IMG/VR virus record: IMGVR_UViG_3300005941_000003
Span: 181,964-245,963 of that record
Length of the DNA: 64,000 bases
Reading direction: 5' to 3' (one strand)
Position numbers and translations under genes: made by a program. Below the pieces are notes generated by a model, which had not been told where the DNA came from, did not search any database, and saw only the letters and a list, made by a program, of their open reading frames with translations. Shown here piece by piece: positions 18,864 to 28,653 of this stretch. Numbering within the stretch: the stretch's first letter is position 1; each line of letters opens with the position of its first letter.

Positions 18864-20282
18864 ATGGCAAATGAATCAATACCATGTTTCTATAGTTTTC
18901 ATGGTCTAAACTATAAAAACGGATATGTAACCACATGTCCGACTCAAACAGACCAATTCTATCTCATTGAAGGTAGAGAAAACCTACCATCTAATATATT
19001 CAATTCTCCAGGTTTCAGATTGCATCGCAAAGAAATGGTTGCAGGACAATGGTCTGAAGGTTGCCATTTGTGTGAAGAAAATGAACGTTGCAATCTACGT
19101 TCCATGCGACATGATTTCACTGCGGGTCAATGTGATCCAAAACAGTATACAGTGTTTGAAGGTATTCCAACAGACATGTACAACTATGAAACAGGCGAAA
19201 TGGATTTTGCTGGATTGCGACATGTTGAAATACGTTTTAATAATAGTTGCAACATGGCGTGTTTACATTGCGACCAAGTATACTCTAGTGGTTGGGAAAC
19301 GAAATTAAAATCTTACGAACCAACTGAACTAGATCATAAGCACGGTCTGCATCAGATAACTGGTCTACGCCACACTGACCGACAAGGTAACAAACTACCA
19401 AGAATTGATTTAAAAATGGATGAAGTCGAAATGATCATTCGTGATCTAAATGAAAACTTCCCAAATATTATGAAGATTGATTTCTCTGGTGGCGAAGTAC
19501 TAAAACAAAAGCAATTTTTCCTTGCACTTGATCTACTTGCTGAACACCCTAATGCAAAGAATATGGAAATATTCTTCTATACAAACTTTAACGCGGACTT
19601 CGATCCAGTTTCACTTTCGGAAAAGCTATCTAAATTTAGAAATCTGTCATTGAACATTTCAGTTGATGCTGGTAGAAATATGTATTCATATTTCAGAGAC
19701 GGGTCTTGGGATAAACTTGTAGAAAATTTAAACAAGTTTATGTCAGTACACAAGAAACCATCGAATATAAAGACTATAATTACAACATCGATTTATCAAG
19801 TGTTAGGAATTGTAGATGTGTTTCAATCTCTAATGACCCTTGATGTTGATATTATCGACTGGGCGCCAGTGCAATCACCTAGACAATTAAATCCAGCGTT
19901 AATAACTTTACACCATAGAGATTATATTGTTGCAGAGTTTGATAAGGTAAAGAAACTTATCTATGAAAACAGGTCCCGCAGGAACAATGAAATAAAACAA
20001 GGTAAAAAACTGAGAGGCTTTTTCTACAGCGGTGACAAACCAAGTTACGATGAATTATCCCATTCTTTAGATCGTTCCCTTAAAGAAATGTCACAGTACG
20101 TATTATCGGGTGTAATTCAAGATGAAGCAAATTGGGAAGCATTTTTACACTATGCAGGTACTGTAGATGGAATATTCAAAAAAGATTTTAACCAATCTGC
20201 ATTTAAAGACTTTAGATTAATAAAGACGCCAGAAGGCAATCAGTTACAGCGTTTAACAAACGGACCAGAGACACAGGAGTAA
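18864..20282 (+). CDS. Radical SAM protein with N-terminal twitch-like domain
   Basis: PCFY..TTCP, CHLC, CNMACLHC, FSGGE; start moved to ATG 18864 downstream of the promoter. Confidence 0.85.
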   Translation: MANESIPCFYSFHGLNYKNGYVTTCPTQTDQFYLIEGRENLPSNIFNSPGFRLHRKEMVAGQWSEGCHLCEENERCNLRSMRHDFTAGQCDPKQYTVFEGIPTDMYNYETGEMDFAGLRHVEIRFNNSCNMACLHCDQVYSSGWETKLKSYEPTELDHKHGLHQITGLRHTDRQGNKLPRIDLKMDEVEMIIRDLNENFPNIMKIDFSGGEVLKQKQFFLALDLLAEHPNAKNMEIFFYTNFNADFDPVSLSEKLSKFRNLSLNISVDAGRNMYSYFRDGSWDKLVENLNKFMSVHKKPSNIKTIITTSIYQVLGIVDVFQSLMTLDVDIIDWAPVQSPRQLNPALITLHHRDYIVAEFDKVKKLIYENRSRRNNEIKQGKKLRGFFYSGDKPSYDELSHSLDRSLKEMSQYVLSGVIQDEANWEAFLHYAGTVDGIFKKDFNQSAFKDFRLIKTPEGNQLQRLTNGPETQE

Positions 20283-20285
20283 ATC

Positions 20286-21293
20286 ATGGGTAAAATTAGC
20301 CTAGACAAAATTAATGCACTATACGAAAAGTTCCCATATACATTGGGAGATGACACATCGCATTCACGTGTTGTCATTGAAAATATTATTCAAGATGAAT
20401 ACGATACGCTTATGAATTCAAAAGATGAAATTATGCAGGGCGACATGCGACAGAATTTAGCAATGACACAGTTTCATATGACACAAAAGTTCAAAGAGCA
20501 TCTTTACAGTGTTGGATTGAAAACACACATTGTAGACGGTCTCGCGATACCTATTAACCCATCATGGAGACGTGTCGGTCTTGACCTTTCGGGTGGAGCA
20601 GATAGTGCTGCAATGGCTCTTGTGTTGTGTAAGATAATTGAAGAAAACAATTATGACATTAAAATTGAAATTATAACATTTATGCGTTGTTGGGAGACAC
20701 GCCCATGGCAGTTTGACATTGCATTGCGTGTATATAATGAGTTGAAAGCTCGATTCCCAAATATTATTGGTGAACGACACCTAACATTTATTCCGCCGCA
20801 GATTGAACATGGTGCAATCGGTCCATTGACACATCCGTCACTGCAAGGTTCATCAGGTGATCAAGTAATCGTATACACATACAACAGATTTATGGCGCAC
20901 AATTTAAAACTTGATGCAGTATATAATGCAACAACAAAGAACCCAACAGTTGACACCCCCACCGAAGATCGTATGAAAACCCGCGATGTCAACGAAGAAG
21001 ATATAGAAATTAATCAGCTTGCGTATGTATCCGACAATGGTGTTAACTGGGCTTTAGAACCATTGCGTCTAGTTGAAAAAGACTGGGTATTACAACAGTA
21101 CCTAAACAACAACGAAATCGCGTTGTTTAACGCAACAAGAAGTTGTGAAGGTGATTGCAATCATCCCAATCTAATGGGTATGGATGCCAAGTGGTATCAA
21201 ATGCACGGTAACCCAGACAACGTGCCCGAATGCGGTGATTGTTTCTGGTGTCAAGAACGCAATTGGGCAAAGCAACAGTTAGGAATTTCGTAA
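20286..21293 (+). CDS. QueC/ExsB-like PP-loop ATPase (second copy)
   Basis: LSGGADS, TRSCE, CGDCFWC. Confidence 0.75.
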   Translation: MGKISLDKINALYEKFPYTLGDDTSHSRVVIENIIQDEYDTLMNSKDEIMQGDMRQNLAMTQFHMTQKFKEHLYSVGLKTHIVDGLAIPINPSWRRVGLDLSGGADSAAMALVLCKIIEENNYDIKIEIITFMRCWETRPWQFDIALRVYNELKARFPNIIGERHLTFIPPQIEHGAIGPLTHPSLQGSSGDQVIVYTYNRFMAHNLKLDAVYNATTKNPTVDTPTEDRMKTRDVNEEDIEINQLAYVSDNGVNWALEPLRLVEKDWVLQQYLNNNEIALFNATRSCEGDCNHPNLMGMDAKWYQMHGNPDNVPECGDCFWCQERNWAKQQLGIS

Positions 21294-21296
21294 TAG

Positions 21297-22616
21297 ATGT
21301 CTAAGACTTTTTGTCCTATTCCTTGGATGTTTATGGCAGCACGTTCTAACGGAGATGTTAGAGTGTGCTGTCAAGCCAATGTAACAAAGAATAAAGGTGT
21401 TATCAGAAAACCGGATGGAACAGCATATAATGCTGGTAGAGACGATTTAGTTGAGTCTCGCAATGCTGAAATGATGAAGGCAATGCGAGTAAACATGCTA
21501 AACGGAATCTGGAGTGAAGAATGTGGACGTTGCAGAAGTGAAGAAGAAAACGGTTTAGACTCACGCAGAAAATACGAAATAGACAAGAAGATGTATTCGT
21601 TTGAACGTGCAGTAAATGAAACTGCGGAAGATGGTACAATTGATGTTGACAAAACAGAAATCATGTTCTACGATTTGCGCTTCGGTAATTTCTGTAATCT
21701 AAAGTGTCGCATGTGTGGTCCAACTGATAGTGACTCTTGGTACGACGATTACATGAAACTAACAGGAACTGATTCATTTTGGGAAACAAGTGGACCAGTT
21801 AAGATTTATCCTAAAGGTAATAAGCTAGTAGCAGATGGTTACGACTGGCCTAACTATGAACCTTTCTGGGAATTCTTGGAAAAGAATGCAAAGAATATCA
21901 AACACGTATATTTTGCAGGCGGTGAACCAATGTTAATTGAGCGTCACTATGATTTTCTTGAACGTTGTGTTGATCAAGGTGTTGCAAAAAACATTGTTAT
22001 AGAGTATAATACAAATATGAGTACTCTACCAACACGCGTAACGGAATTATGGAAGAACTTTAAAATGGTTCAGATAGGTGCAAGTGTTGATGGTATGGGA
22101 CCTGTTCTAGAATATCAACGTAATCCAGCAAAATGGGATAAGACGCTTCGAAATCTAAAGACTGTAGATGGTTTGCCAATGAATATCATGTCTTGGTTGG
22201 CTGTTACTGTTACAGCATATAATGTTAATCATCTTATTGACTTTATGAAATGGAAATTACAAGAGAGTGAATTCAAGCGTATAAGCTCAACAAAGAAACG
22301 TCCTATAATGACGCACCATGTAGCGCATCACCCAAAGCATCTAAATATACGTGTTCTACCCGACAAGATGAAATCTGAACTTACACAGAAGTATGAAGAT
22401 TTTGTTGTCTGGGTTGAAGAACAGGGATTCCCAGAATATGTAATTGAGGCTGCCAAACACGCACGTGATAGCATATGTAGTTATATGAATAGCGATTCAT
22501 ATCACGCCGATCATTGGGATGAGTTTGTAGACTATACTAATAAATTAGATAAAATAAGAAACGAAAGTTTGATTGAAGTCGAACCTATGTTTAAGGAATA
22601 TATAAATGAGTTTTGA
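21297..22616 (+). CDS. Radical SAM protein with N-terminal twitch-like domain
   Basis: FCPIPW..VCC, CGRC, CNLKCRMC, FAGGEP. Confidence 0.9.
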   Translation: MSKTFCPIPWMFMAARSNGDVRVCCQANVTKNKGVIRKPDGTAYNAGRDDLVESRNAEMMKAMRVNMLNGIWSEECGRCRSEEENGLDSRRKYEIDKKMYSFERAVNETAEDGTIDVDKTEIMFYDLRFGNFCNLKCRMCGPTDSDSWYDDYMKLTGTDSFWETSGPVKIYPKGNKLVADGYDWPNYEPFWEFLEKNAKNIKHVYFAGGEPMLIERHYDFLERCVDQGVAKNIVIEYNTNMSTLPTRVTELWKNFKMVQIGASVDGMGPVLEYQRNPAKWDKTLRNLKTVDGLPMNIMSWLAVTVTAYNVNHLIDFMKWKLQESEFKRISSTKKRPIMTHHVAHHPKHLNIRVLPDKMKSELTQKYEDFVVWVEEQGFPEYVIEAAKHARDSICSYMNSDSYHADHWDEFVDYTNKLDKIRNESLIEVEPMFKEYINEF

Positions 22617-23877
22617 TACAGTTGACCTATTAACTGGCGATATCTTTCAGGTATCATGGGACCTTGGGCGCAGATGCAACTACGACTGTAGTTATTGCCC
22701 AGTACACAGACACGACAATTTTAGTCCACATGCAACATTGCAAGAGTTGAAGAACAGTACAGACTTCTTGTTCAAGTACATGGACACCTATCTAGAACAT
22801 AGAACACTAAAGGGTGCAAGTATTAGCTTCACCGGTGGTGAACCTACTGTAAACCCTAACTTTATTCCATTCATTGAATATCTTAAAAAAGCATATGCAG
22901 AACAATATGCAGATCGTTGGGATTCCTCATTTGCTTTAACAAGCAACGGTGCAATGAGTAAGAAGATGGCTAATGCTGTTATCGAACATTTCCATCACAT
23001 CACTGTTAGCTATCATGCAGAAAGTGATGACAAGCTAAAGAAGCAAGTGCGTGATCGTATTCTACAGTTCCATGAAGCAATGCATAGCAATCCTGAAGGC
23101 TTCTTCTCAGTGTCGGTAAACGTTATGTTTCACGCACAATACTTTGATGAATGTGTTGACCTTTGCAGATTCCTAGAGAAGCACAGCGTCAAATATGTTC
23201 CTCGTGTTATTGGCGAAGAACCAGAAAGTCCAAGCGATCAAGCACACCGTTATAATGATGCACAAATCCAATGGATGAAAGATTACTGGAATGACAAGAA
23301 CGCTGCATTGAACGATCCTACACCAAAAGATGTACAGATTGAATCACAACATGCAGTGACACAAGTTAATACTGAAGGTAAGTCAGAACCAAAGAAACTT
23401 GCTATGACTATTGGTCGTCCTTGCTGCGGATCACGCGAAATGTGTCTATCTAGTCAAGGTGATACTCGTAAGAGTACATTCGTTAATTTCAGAAACTTCA
23501 AGGGTTGGCATTGTTCTGTTAACTGGTTTTTCCTACACCTTGAACAACAGACTGATAGTGTATACCATCACCAAACGTGTCAAGCTAAATTTGATCAAAC
23601 TAGAGGTCGTTTAGGTAAGATTAGTGAAGGTGATAAGATTATAGATAAGTTAAAAGAACAACTTGCAGCAAAAGAAATGCCAACTGTTATCTGCCCAAAG
23701 CAAACATGCGGTTGTGGTCTTTGCGCACCAAAGAGTGCATTTAAAGAAAAGTATTTTGAAACACTAGATCGTCATATTGTAGATATGTCAATCTTTGATA
23801 ACAGTAAGAACGAAGTGAGTAAAGTTACTCCACTAATTCCCGGCGTAAACTTTGAAATGGATAGCGATATTCTATGA
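22606..23877 (+). CDS. Radical SAM protein
   Basis: CNYDCSYC, FTGGEP, C-terminal CPKQTCGCGLC. Confidence 0.9.
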   Translation: MSFDTVDLLTGDIFQVSWDLGRRCNYDCSYCPVHRHDNFSPHATLQELKNSTDFLFKYMDTYLEHRTLKGASISFTGGEPTVNPNFIPFIEYLKKAYAEQYADRWDSSFALTSNGAMSKKMANAVIEHFHHITVSYHAESDDKLKKQVRDRILQFHEAMHSNPEGFFSVSVNVMFHAQYFDECVDLCRFLEKHSVKYVPRVIGEEPESPSDQAHRYNDAQIQWMKDYWNDKNAALNDPTPKDVQIESQHAVTQVNTEGKSEPKKLAMTIGRPCCGSREMCLSSQGDTRKSTFVNFRNFKGWHCSVNWFFLHLEQQTDSVYHHQTCQAKFDQTRGRLGKISEGDKIIDKLKEQLAAKEMPTVICPKQTCGCGLCAPKSAFKEKYFETLDRHIVDMSIFDNSKNEVSKVTPLIPGVNFEMDSDIL

Positions 23878-25055
23878 CAAAAGAAATTCAAAAAGATGCA
23901 AACTACTGGTCACAATATGATTTCACTGAAATTCCATATCATGACTTAGTTAAAGTAGGACAGCGTACACTTTTATATAGAGATTTGTTTTCGGTGTCAT
24001 GGTTGCTAGGTCGTTTCTGTAACTACAAGTGTTCTTATTGTTGGCCTTATGCTCGTTCTGATCGTAAAGACCATCGCCCAACAGAACTATGTTTAGCGAC
24101 AATTGATGAAATAAAGAGGCAAGCCCGTGACAATGGTTTCAATAGTTTTCACTTTAGTCTTTCTGGGGGTGAGCCTACGTTTCACCCAGGATACCTTGAC
24201 ATTCTTAGACACCTTGCTGATGATGTTGGCAATACTAACTATACTTCTGTACATATGACAACAAACATGTCACGTAATTTAAAGTGGCATCAGGAATATT
24301 GTGATACAGTTGCAGCATTTCACCGTGCAAGTATCACTGCGTCATATCATAGCGAATATGCGAAGAAAGATGAATTTGCAGATAAACTTCTATTCTGTAT
24401 GGAACACGATGTTCAAGTGACAATCAATATGGTTCTTGTTCCTGAATGGTTTGATCGTGACTGGGAGAACGCAATGTACTTCCACAATCGTGGTATCAAC
24501 GTTACACTAAAGCCACAGTCTGATCCCACTGCATCATTCGTGGTTAAAGGTTATACAGACGAACAACTTGCTATCATGCGCAATGGTATGCCGCAACGCG
24601 CATATACTGATGAAATTCAAAAAGAAACTGGGGTGAAAGTTGTAAGACCTAAACCACACAAAAGCCTATGGACGATGGATGCAGAAAACGGTGACGACAA
24701 AAATGTTCCACCGATTATGCAAGTTGAGTTTGAGGATTCGACTGGTAAGAAATGGTATATGGATCAAGCAGAACGCTTCAATGCCTTTAACTTCAACAAG
24801 TTCAAAGGTTGGGAGTGTACAAGTGGGTTTAAGGGTATTGTTATTCGTGAACCAGATGGAACAATCAAACGTTCATATAGTTGTTCTGACCGACCACTTG
24901 GTTTCGTTGAGGGTGGGTTCAGACTTTTCGACTCGCCAAGACCATGTATCTCAGATAGTTGTGTATCAAGTGCAGACAGTAAGATACCAAAACGGGCACC
25001 GGGCGCGCAAGTGCCAATCTATCCCGGAGATCAAAGTTTTAAGTTCGGAATATAA
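23874..25055 (+). CDS. Radical SAM protein, paralog of the preceding gene
   Basis: CNYKCSYC, LSGGEP, FKGWEC, CISDSC. Confidence 0.9.
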   Translation: MTKEIQKDANYWSQYDFTEIPYHDLVKVGQRTLLYRDLFSVSWLLGRFCNYKCSYCWPYARSDRKDHRPTELCLATIDEIKRQARDNGFNSFHFSLSGGEPTFHPGYLDILRHLADDVGNTNYTSVHMTTNMSRNLKWHQEYCDTVAAFHRASITASYHSEYAKKDEFADKLLFCMEHDVQVTINMVLVPEWFDRDWENAMYFHNRGINVTLKPQSDPTASFVVKGYTDEQLAIMRNGMPQRAYTDEIQKETGVKVVRPKPHKSLWTMDAENGDDKNVPPIMQVEFEDSTGKKWYMDQAERFNAFNFNKFKGWECTSGFKGIVIREPDGTIKRSYSCSDRPLGFVEGGFRLFDSPRPCISDSCVSSADSKIPKRAPGAQVPIYPGDQSFKFGI

Positions 25056-25061
25056 GACAAT

Positions 25062-25086
25062 AAAAAACCCGCTTACGCGGGTTTTT
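25062..25086. terminator. Bidirectional rho-independent terminator
   Basis: AAAAAACCCGC-TTAC-GCGGGTTTTT between convergent genes. Confidence 0.85.
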
Positions 25087-25088
25087 CT

Positions 25089-25973
25089 TTACACTGCCAT
25101 TTCTGCTTTAATAAACGGGTGTGGGTCATACCCAACAATCTCAAAATCATCCATCGTAAAATCATCAATATTTTTAACATTTGGATTAATTTTTAGTTCA
25201 GGAAACAGACGTATATCCTCTGCCCGTGACAACTGTTCCTCAATGGCATTTTTATGGTTCATATAGATATGAGCATCACCGATTGTGTGAACAAACTCGC
25301 CAACCTTCAGATCACAAACTTGTGCAATCATATGTGTTAGTAGAGCATATGATGCAATGTTGAACGGAACACCTAGAAACAAATCTGCACTACGTTGATA
25401 TAGATTGCAAGACAGTTCGCCATCGTTGTTGACATAAAACTGTGAGAATGTATGACACGGCGGGAGCGCCATAGCATCGATATCAGACACGTTCCAAGCA
25501 CTTAGAATATGACGGCGTGACTGAGGATTTGTTTTAATCTGTTCGATTAGTTTAGCAAGTTGGTCAATGCCATTCCAGTTACGCCACTGAACGCCATATA
25601 CAGGTCCTAACTTCTTAACTGTGTCTGTGTTCTCATATCCTAGAGCAACCCCCTGTGCGTCTGCATTCGCAGTCCAAATAGTAGTTTTGCCTACAAGTTC
25701 TTCTCTTGGCTTTCCATAATGAATTTCAGCAAGTCTACGTTCATCGTCAGAACCCTCAATGAACCAAAGCAATTCACTTGCTACTGCATTGAAGTTTACT
25801 TTCTTTGTTGTAAGTAGGGGAAACCCACGGTTTAAATCAAATATGAGCCATGCCATAAAACGTGACTTTGTTCCTACACCTGTTCGTTCTTGATCACGAA
25901 CTTCACCTGTATCTAGTACAGTATACAGAAGGTCAAGGTAATCACCTTCTGCCCAGATTGATTTTGTTGTCAT
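25089..25973 (-). CDS. thyA: Thymidylate synthase
   Basis: RTGVGT, FPLLTTK, LGPVYGVQWR, MALPPCH, YQRSADLFLGVPFN; ATG 25973. Confidence 0.97.
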   Translation of the reverse strand: MTTKSIWAEGDYLDLLYTVLDTGEVRDQERTGVGTKSRFMAWLIFDLNRGFPLLTTKKVNFNAVASELLWFIEGSDDERRLAEIHYGKPREELVGKTTIWTANADAQGVALGYENTDTVKKLGPVYGVQWRNWNGIDQLAKLIEQIKTNPQSRRHILSAWNVSDIDAMALPPCHTFSQFYVNNDGELSCNLYQRSADLFLGVPFNIASYALLTHMIAQVCDLKVGEFVHTIGDAHIYMNHKNAIEEQLSRAEDIRLFPELKINPNVKNIDDFTMDDFEIVGYDPHPFIKAEMAV

Positions 25974-26491
25974 TAGTTTGCCTCCCATATTGAAAATTGT
26001 ATTCCCGGACCACTACGTGTTGCAGCTTCCGAGGTTGAGCTAACTATGCTCTTGTTCTCTATGTATTTGCTGATGTCACAAAATGTATCACAACGGTACT
26101 TACCATGTATGTCAGTTAGATATACTCTATCGCAAATTTTGTATGCAGCATCGTATAGCGTTTTACCACCTGTAATGAACACTTCTCGTCCTGGGTGACG
26201 GAACTCAATTGATAACAGAATGTCTTCTATTTTATCGTGAGTTGGGTCGTAGGTGTCAAACACACCTGGAAAGTTGAACATATTTTGGGAGGATACAACA
26301 TATTTTATTGCGTTGTCGCTGTTATGATAGTATGTGCCCGAACTTCTCCACGTGTTCGATCCCATAACGACGACATTACCTTCAGTTATTTTCTGAAAGT
26401 ATTTCATGTCTTTATCGTTCTTTGGCCATGGTAGACCATTCTTATAACCTATGCCGCCGTTTTCATCGGCAGCAATAATCATATTAATCAT
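25973..26491 (-). CDS. folA: Dihydrofolate reductase
   Basis: IG.KNGLPW...D.KYF, VVMG..TW, ITGG..LY, CDTF. Confidence 0.9.
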   Translation of the reverse strand: MINMIIAADENGGIGYKNGLPWPKNDKDMKYFQKITEGNVVVMGSNTWRSSGTYYHNSDNAIKYVVSSQNMFNFPGVFDTYDPTHDKIEDILLSIEFRHPGREVFITGGKTLYDAAYKICDRVYLTDIHGKYRCDTFCDISKYIENKSIVSSTSEAATRSGPGIQFSIWEAN

Positions 26492-26801
26492 TCTTTTTCT
26501 TATATTGTGCTTGGAAATGTGCGCTTAGAATTTGCTTTACGTTAAACGCAACATTGTTTTGAATTGCAGGCATATCGATGAACACTTCAATGTCTTCGAT
26601 CCTGTCAAATTGTTCCACTAGTTTGTCCCAGCTAAGATCATTTGATACTGGTAGTGGTTGTAGTAATTCATCTCCTTTGAGAATTACGCTTTGTCCGTTG
26701 TTTAGTTTAACAACAAGATTTTTTACGAATTGAGCAGGAATACTCATTGGGAAGATTTCTTCCATGATCCGCTCAAATTCTCCCTCTCTATCGTATTCCA
26801 T
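26484..26801 (-). CDS. Hypothetical protein
   Basis: 105-aa ORF in a tightly packed operon. Confidence 0.6.
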   Translation of the reverse strand: MEYDREGEFERIMEEIFPMSIPAQFVKNLVVKLNNGQSVILKGDELLQPLPVSNDLSWDKLVEQFDRIEDIEVFIDMPAIQNNVAFNVKQILSAHFQAQYKKKND

Positions 26802-27065
26802 TTATGAAAGATCGCCTTTGTTTTTCATGTTATCAGCATGTTCCAAAGCGGCAACAATTACTGCCGCCGCTTTGATAAGTTCATTGATGAATTCATCTGC
26901 ATGAGGTTGCATCGTAGTTGCTCTCCGTGCTTCCTGAGACAGGTAGTAAGATGCAATAGCTATCCAATCGTTTGGAGAATTGTTTGCATCTAATTCGCTA
27001 CCGGGCAAATTTAATTGTCTTTCGCGTTCTGTTTCAATAAGTTTTAAGATATCACTACGATGCAT
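26802..27065 (-). CDS. Small all-alpha protein, possibly MazG-like NTP pyrophosphohydrolase
   Basis: ERERQ...ELIKAAAVIVAALE pattern; near thyA/folA. Confidence 0.45.
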   Translation of the reverse strand: MHRSDILKLIETERERQLNLPGSELDANNSPNDWIAIASYYLSQEARRATTMQPHADEFINELIKAAAVIVAALEHADNMKNKGDLS

Positions 27066-27068
27066 ACT

Positions 27069-27716
27069 TTATGCCTCTACAGTTTTTGGTGGTCTGCCAC
27101 GACCGCGTTTTTTAGTAGGTTCACCATCTTCTGATGCTGGTGTAATAGTAACCTTTGATTCCTTGGGGGCGAGAGAAGGATCATACTTGTATGCTTCTGC
27201 ACGTTTGCGCTTTGCATCTTCTTCAAGTAATTGCGCCTGCACTAACAAGTTTTGTGCAATTTGCTTGTTCTCGTCCTTCTTAGATTCGTCTACATTAATA
27301 TCAACTTGGGATTCAGTTACAGTTTGAGTGGTATCGTTATCTGCGATTGCATCTTCTGAAACTTCAAATCCATCCATCTGTGCCAAAATATCATTTAGTG
27401 GAATACTAGTGTTTGAATTTGGTGTCATGATGATTTGTGAAGTAGGAATCTTAACCAAATGATTTTCTTTATGTAGTGTTTCTAGCATAGTAGTACCATG
27501 CCAAAATACTTTACGTGCAAGAACTTCATACAGGCTTTTTGCAGCCTGACCTTCATTCGATTCAACTGCTGCCATAAAATCTTGATGGTAGCGGTCTGGT
27601 AGTGAGTCACTATATACTACTAACGCGTTTTCTTTGTCGTCTGGCAGTTGTAGGAATGCGACACTCAGGCGTTGACCTGTACCTGAGTGTCTACCAACGT
27701 GTTTAAGAAAAGCCAT
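27069..27716 (-). CDS. Hypothetical protein with C-terminal AT-hook
   Basis: C-terminal KKRGRGRPPK. Confidence 0.65.
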   Translation of the reverse strand: MAFLKHVGRHSGTGQRLSVAFLQLPDDKENALVVYSDSLPDRYHQDFMAAVESNEGQAAKSLYEVLARKVFWHGTTMLETLHKENHLVKIPTSQIIMTPNSNTSIPLNDILAQMDGFEVSEDAIADNDTTQTVTESQVDINVDESKKDENKQIAQNLLVQAQLLEEDAKRKRAEAYKYDPSLAPKESKVTITPASEDGEPTKKRGRGRPPKTVEA

Positions 27717-27952
27717 TAAGCCTCACCGCCCTCTGCTGGCGCCGCTGCTTCTTCCGCCGCCGCTGTTTGTGCTGCAATGTGGTCAACAAATGCTTTGATT
27801 TTGTTTGCAACTGAACCTACTGCGGTTAGCTCTGATGCTTGGAATGCACCGCGCTTTGAGGCTAGATCAATGATTGCATAAACGTTTGCAAGATCGTTTA
27901 CGGTAACAGCAGGAGCCTGTGGTGCTTCTGCTACTTGTGCTTCTTCTGACAT
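27716..27952 (-). CDS. Small hypothetical protein
   Basis: AAGGAG RBS; IIDLASKRGAF core. Confidence 0.7.
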   Translation of the reverse strand: MSEEAQVAEAPQAPAVTVNDLANVYAIIDLASKRGAFQASELTAVGSVANKIKAFVDHIAAQTAAAEEAAAPAEGGEA

Positions 27953-28019
27953 ATGTTACTCCTTTGTCGTGATTTATTTAATATTATATATAATATGAAT
28001 TTGCACAATTCATACATAC

Positions 28020-28048
28020 ATTATAATTGATTTTGTGATTAATGTCAA
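28020..28048 (-). promoter_or_regulatory. Sigma70 promoter TTGACA-N17-TATAAT
   Basis: Exact consensus upstream of the operon running from 27952 to thyA. Confidence 0.7.
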
Positions 28049-28055
28049 GCGATTA

Positions 28056-28598
28056 TTATACAGCCATTCGGACGTATTCTTCTGGCCATTGAAGGTAGTT
28101 CAACCATTTTTCATCCTTAACTGTGATGTGGAAGTTCTTACGGTTCAATACTTGGTAGAAGTTTGGTCGTGTTGGTTTTTTCTTTGGTACAATACGCGCA
28201 TTGTTACCCTTACTATGGTTACACGGTTTACATGCAGTTGTAATATTTTCCCAGTTTGTTTTACCACCACGCGATTTTGGTAGGACGTGATCAAGTGTCA
28301 AGTCCTTTGCATGGAATAAATCACCACAATATTGGCATACAAAACCGTCACGAATGTATACATTCTGACGGCTAAAGTTTACTCCTGATTGTGAAATTGG
28401 TATATATTCTTTAACAGATACCACAGAGGGAACTTTAAACGTTTGCCGGGAAGTATGAATCTCCCAACCTTTGTACCATTCAAGCACGTTGACGCGCTCT
28501 AGTACAACAAGTTTCATTGCTTCCTGCCACGTTAGTGTAGAAAGTGGAGTCACTGCCAGCGGTGAACCGTCTGCATTTAATAATAGTGTATCGCTCAT
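28056..28598 (-). CDS. HNH endonuclease (McrA-like)
   Basis: RDGFVCQYCG, TLDHVLPKSRGG, WENITTACKPCNHSKG. Confidence 0.9.
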   Translation of the reverse strand: MSDTLLLNADGSPLAVTPLSTLTWQEAMKLVVLERVNVLEWYKGWEIHTSRQTFKVPSVVSVKEYIPISQSGVNFSRQNVYIRDGFVCQYCGDLFHAKDLTLDHVLPKSRGGKTNWENITTACKPCNHSKGNNARIVPKKKPTRPNFYQVLNRKNFHITVKDEKWLNYLQWPEEYVRMAV

Positions 28599-28653
28599 GT
28601 GAATATTTATCTTTCCAGTTGCTCAAGGTAGAGCAACTGGATGCTCTGCCCTT

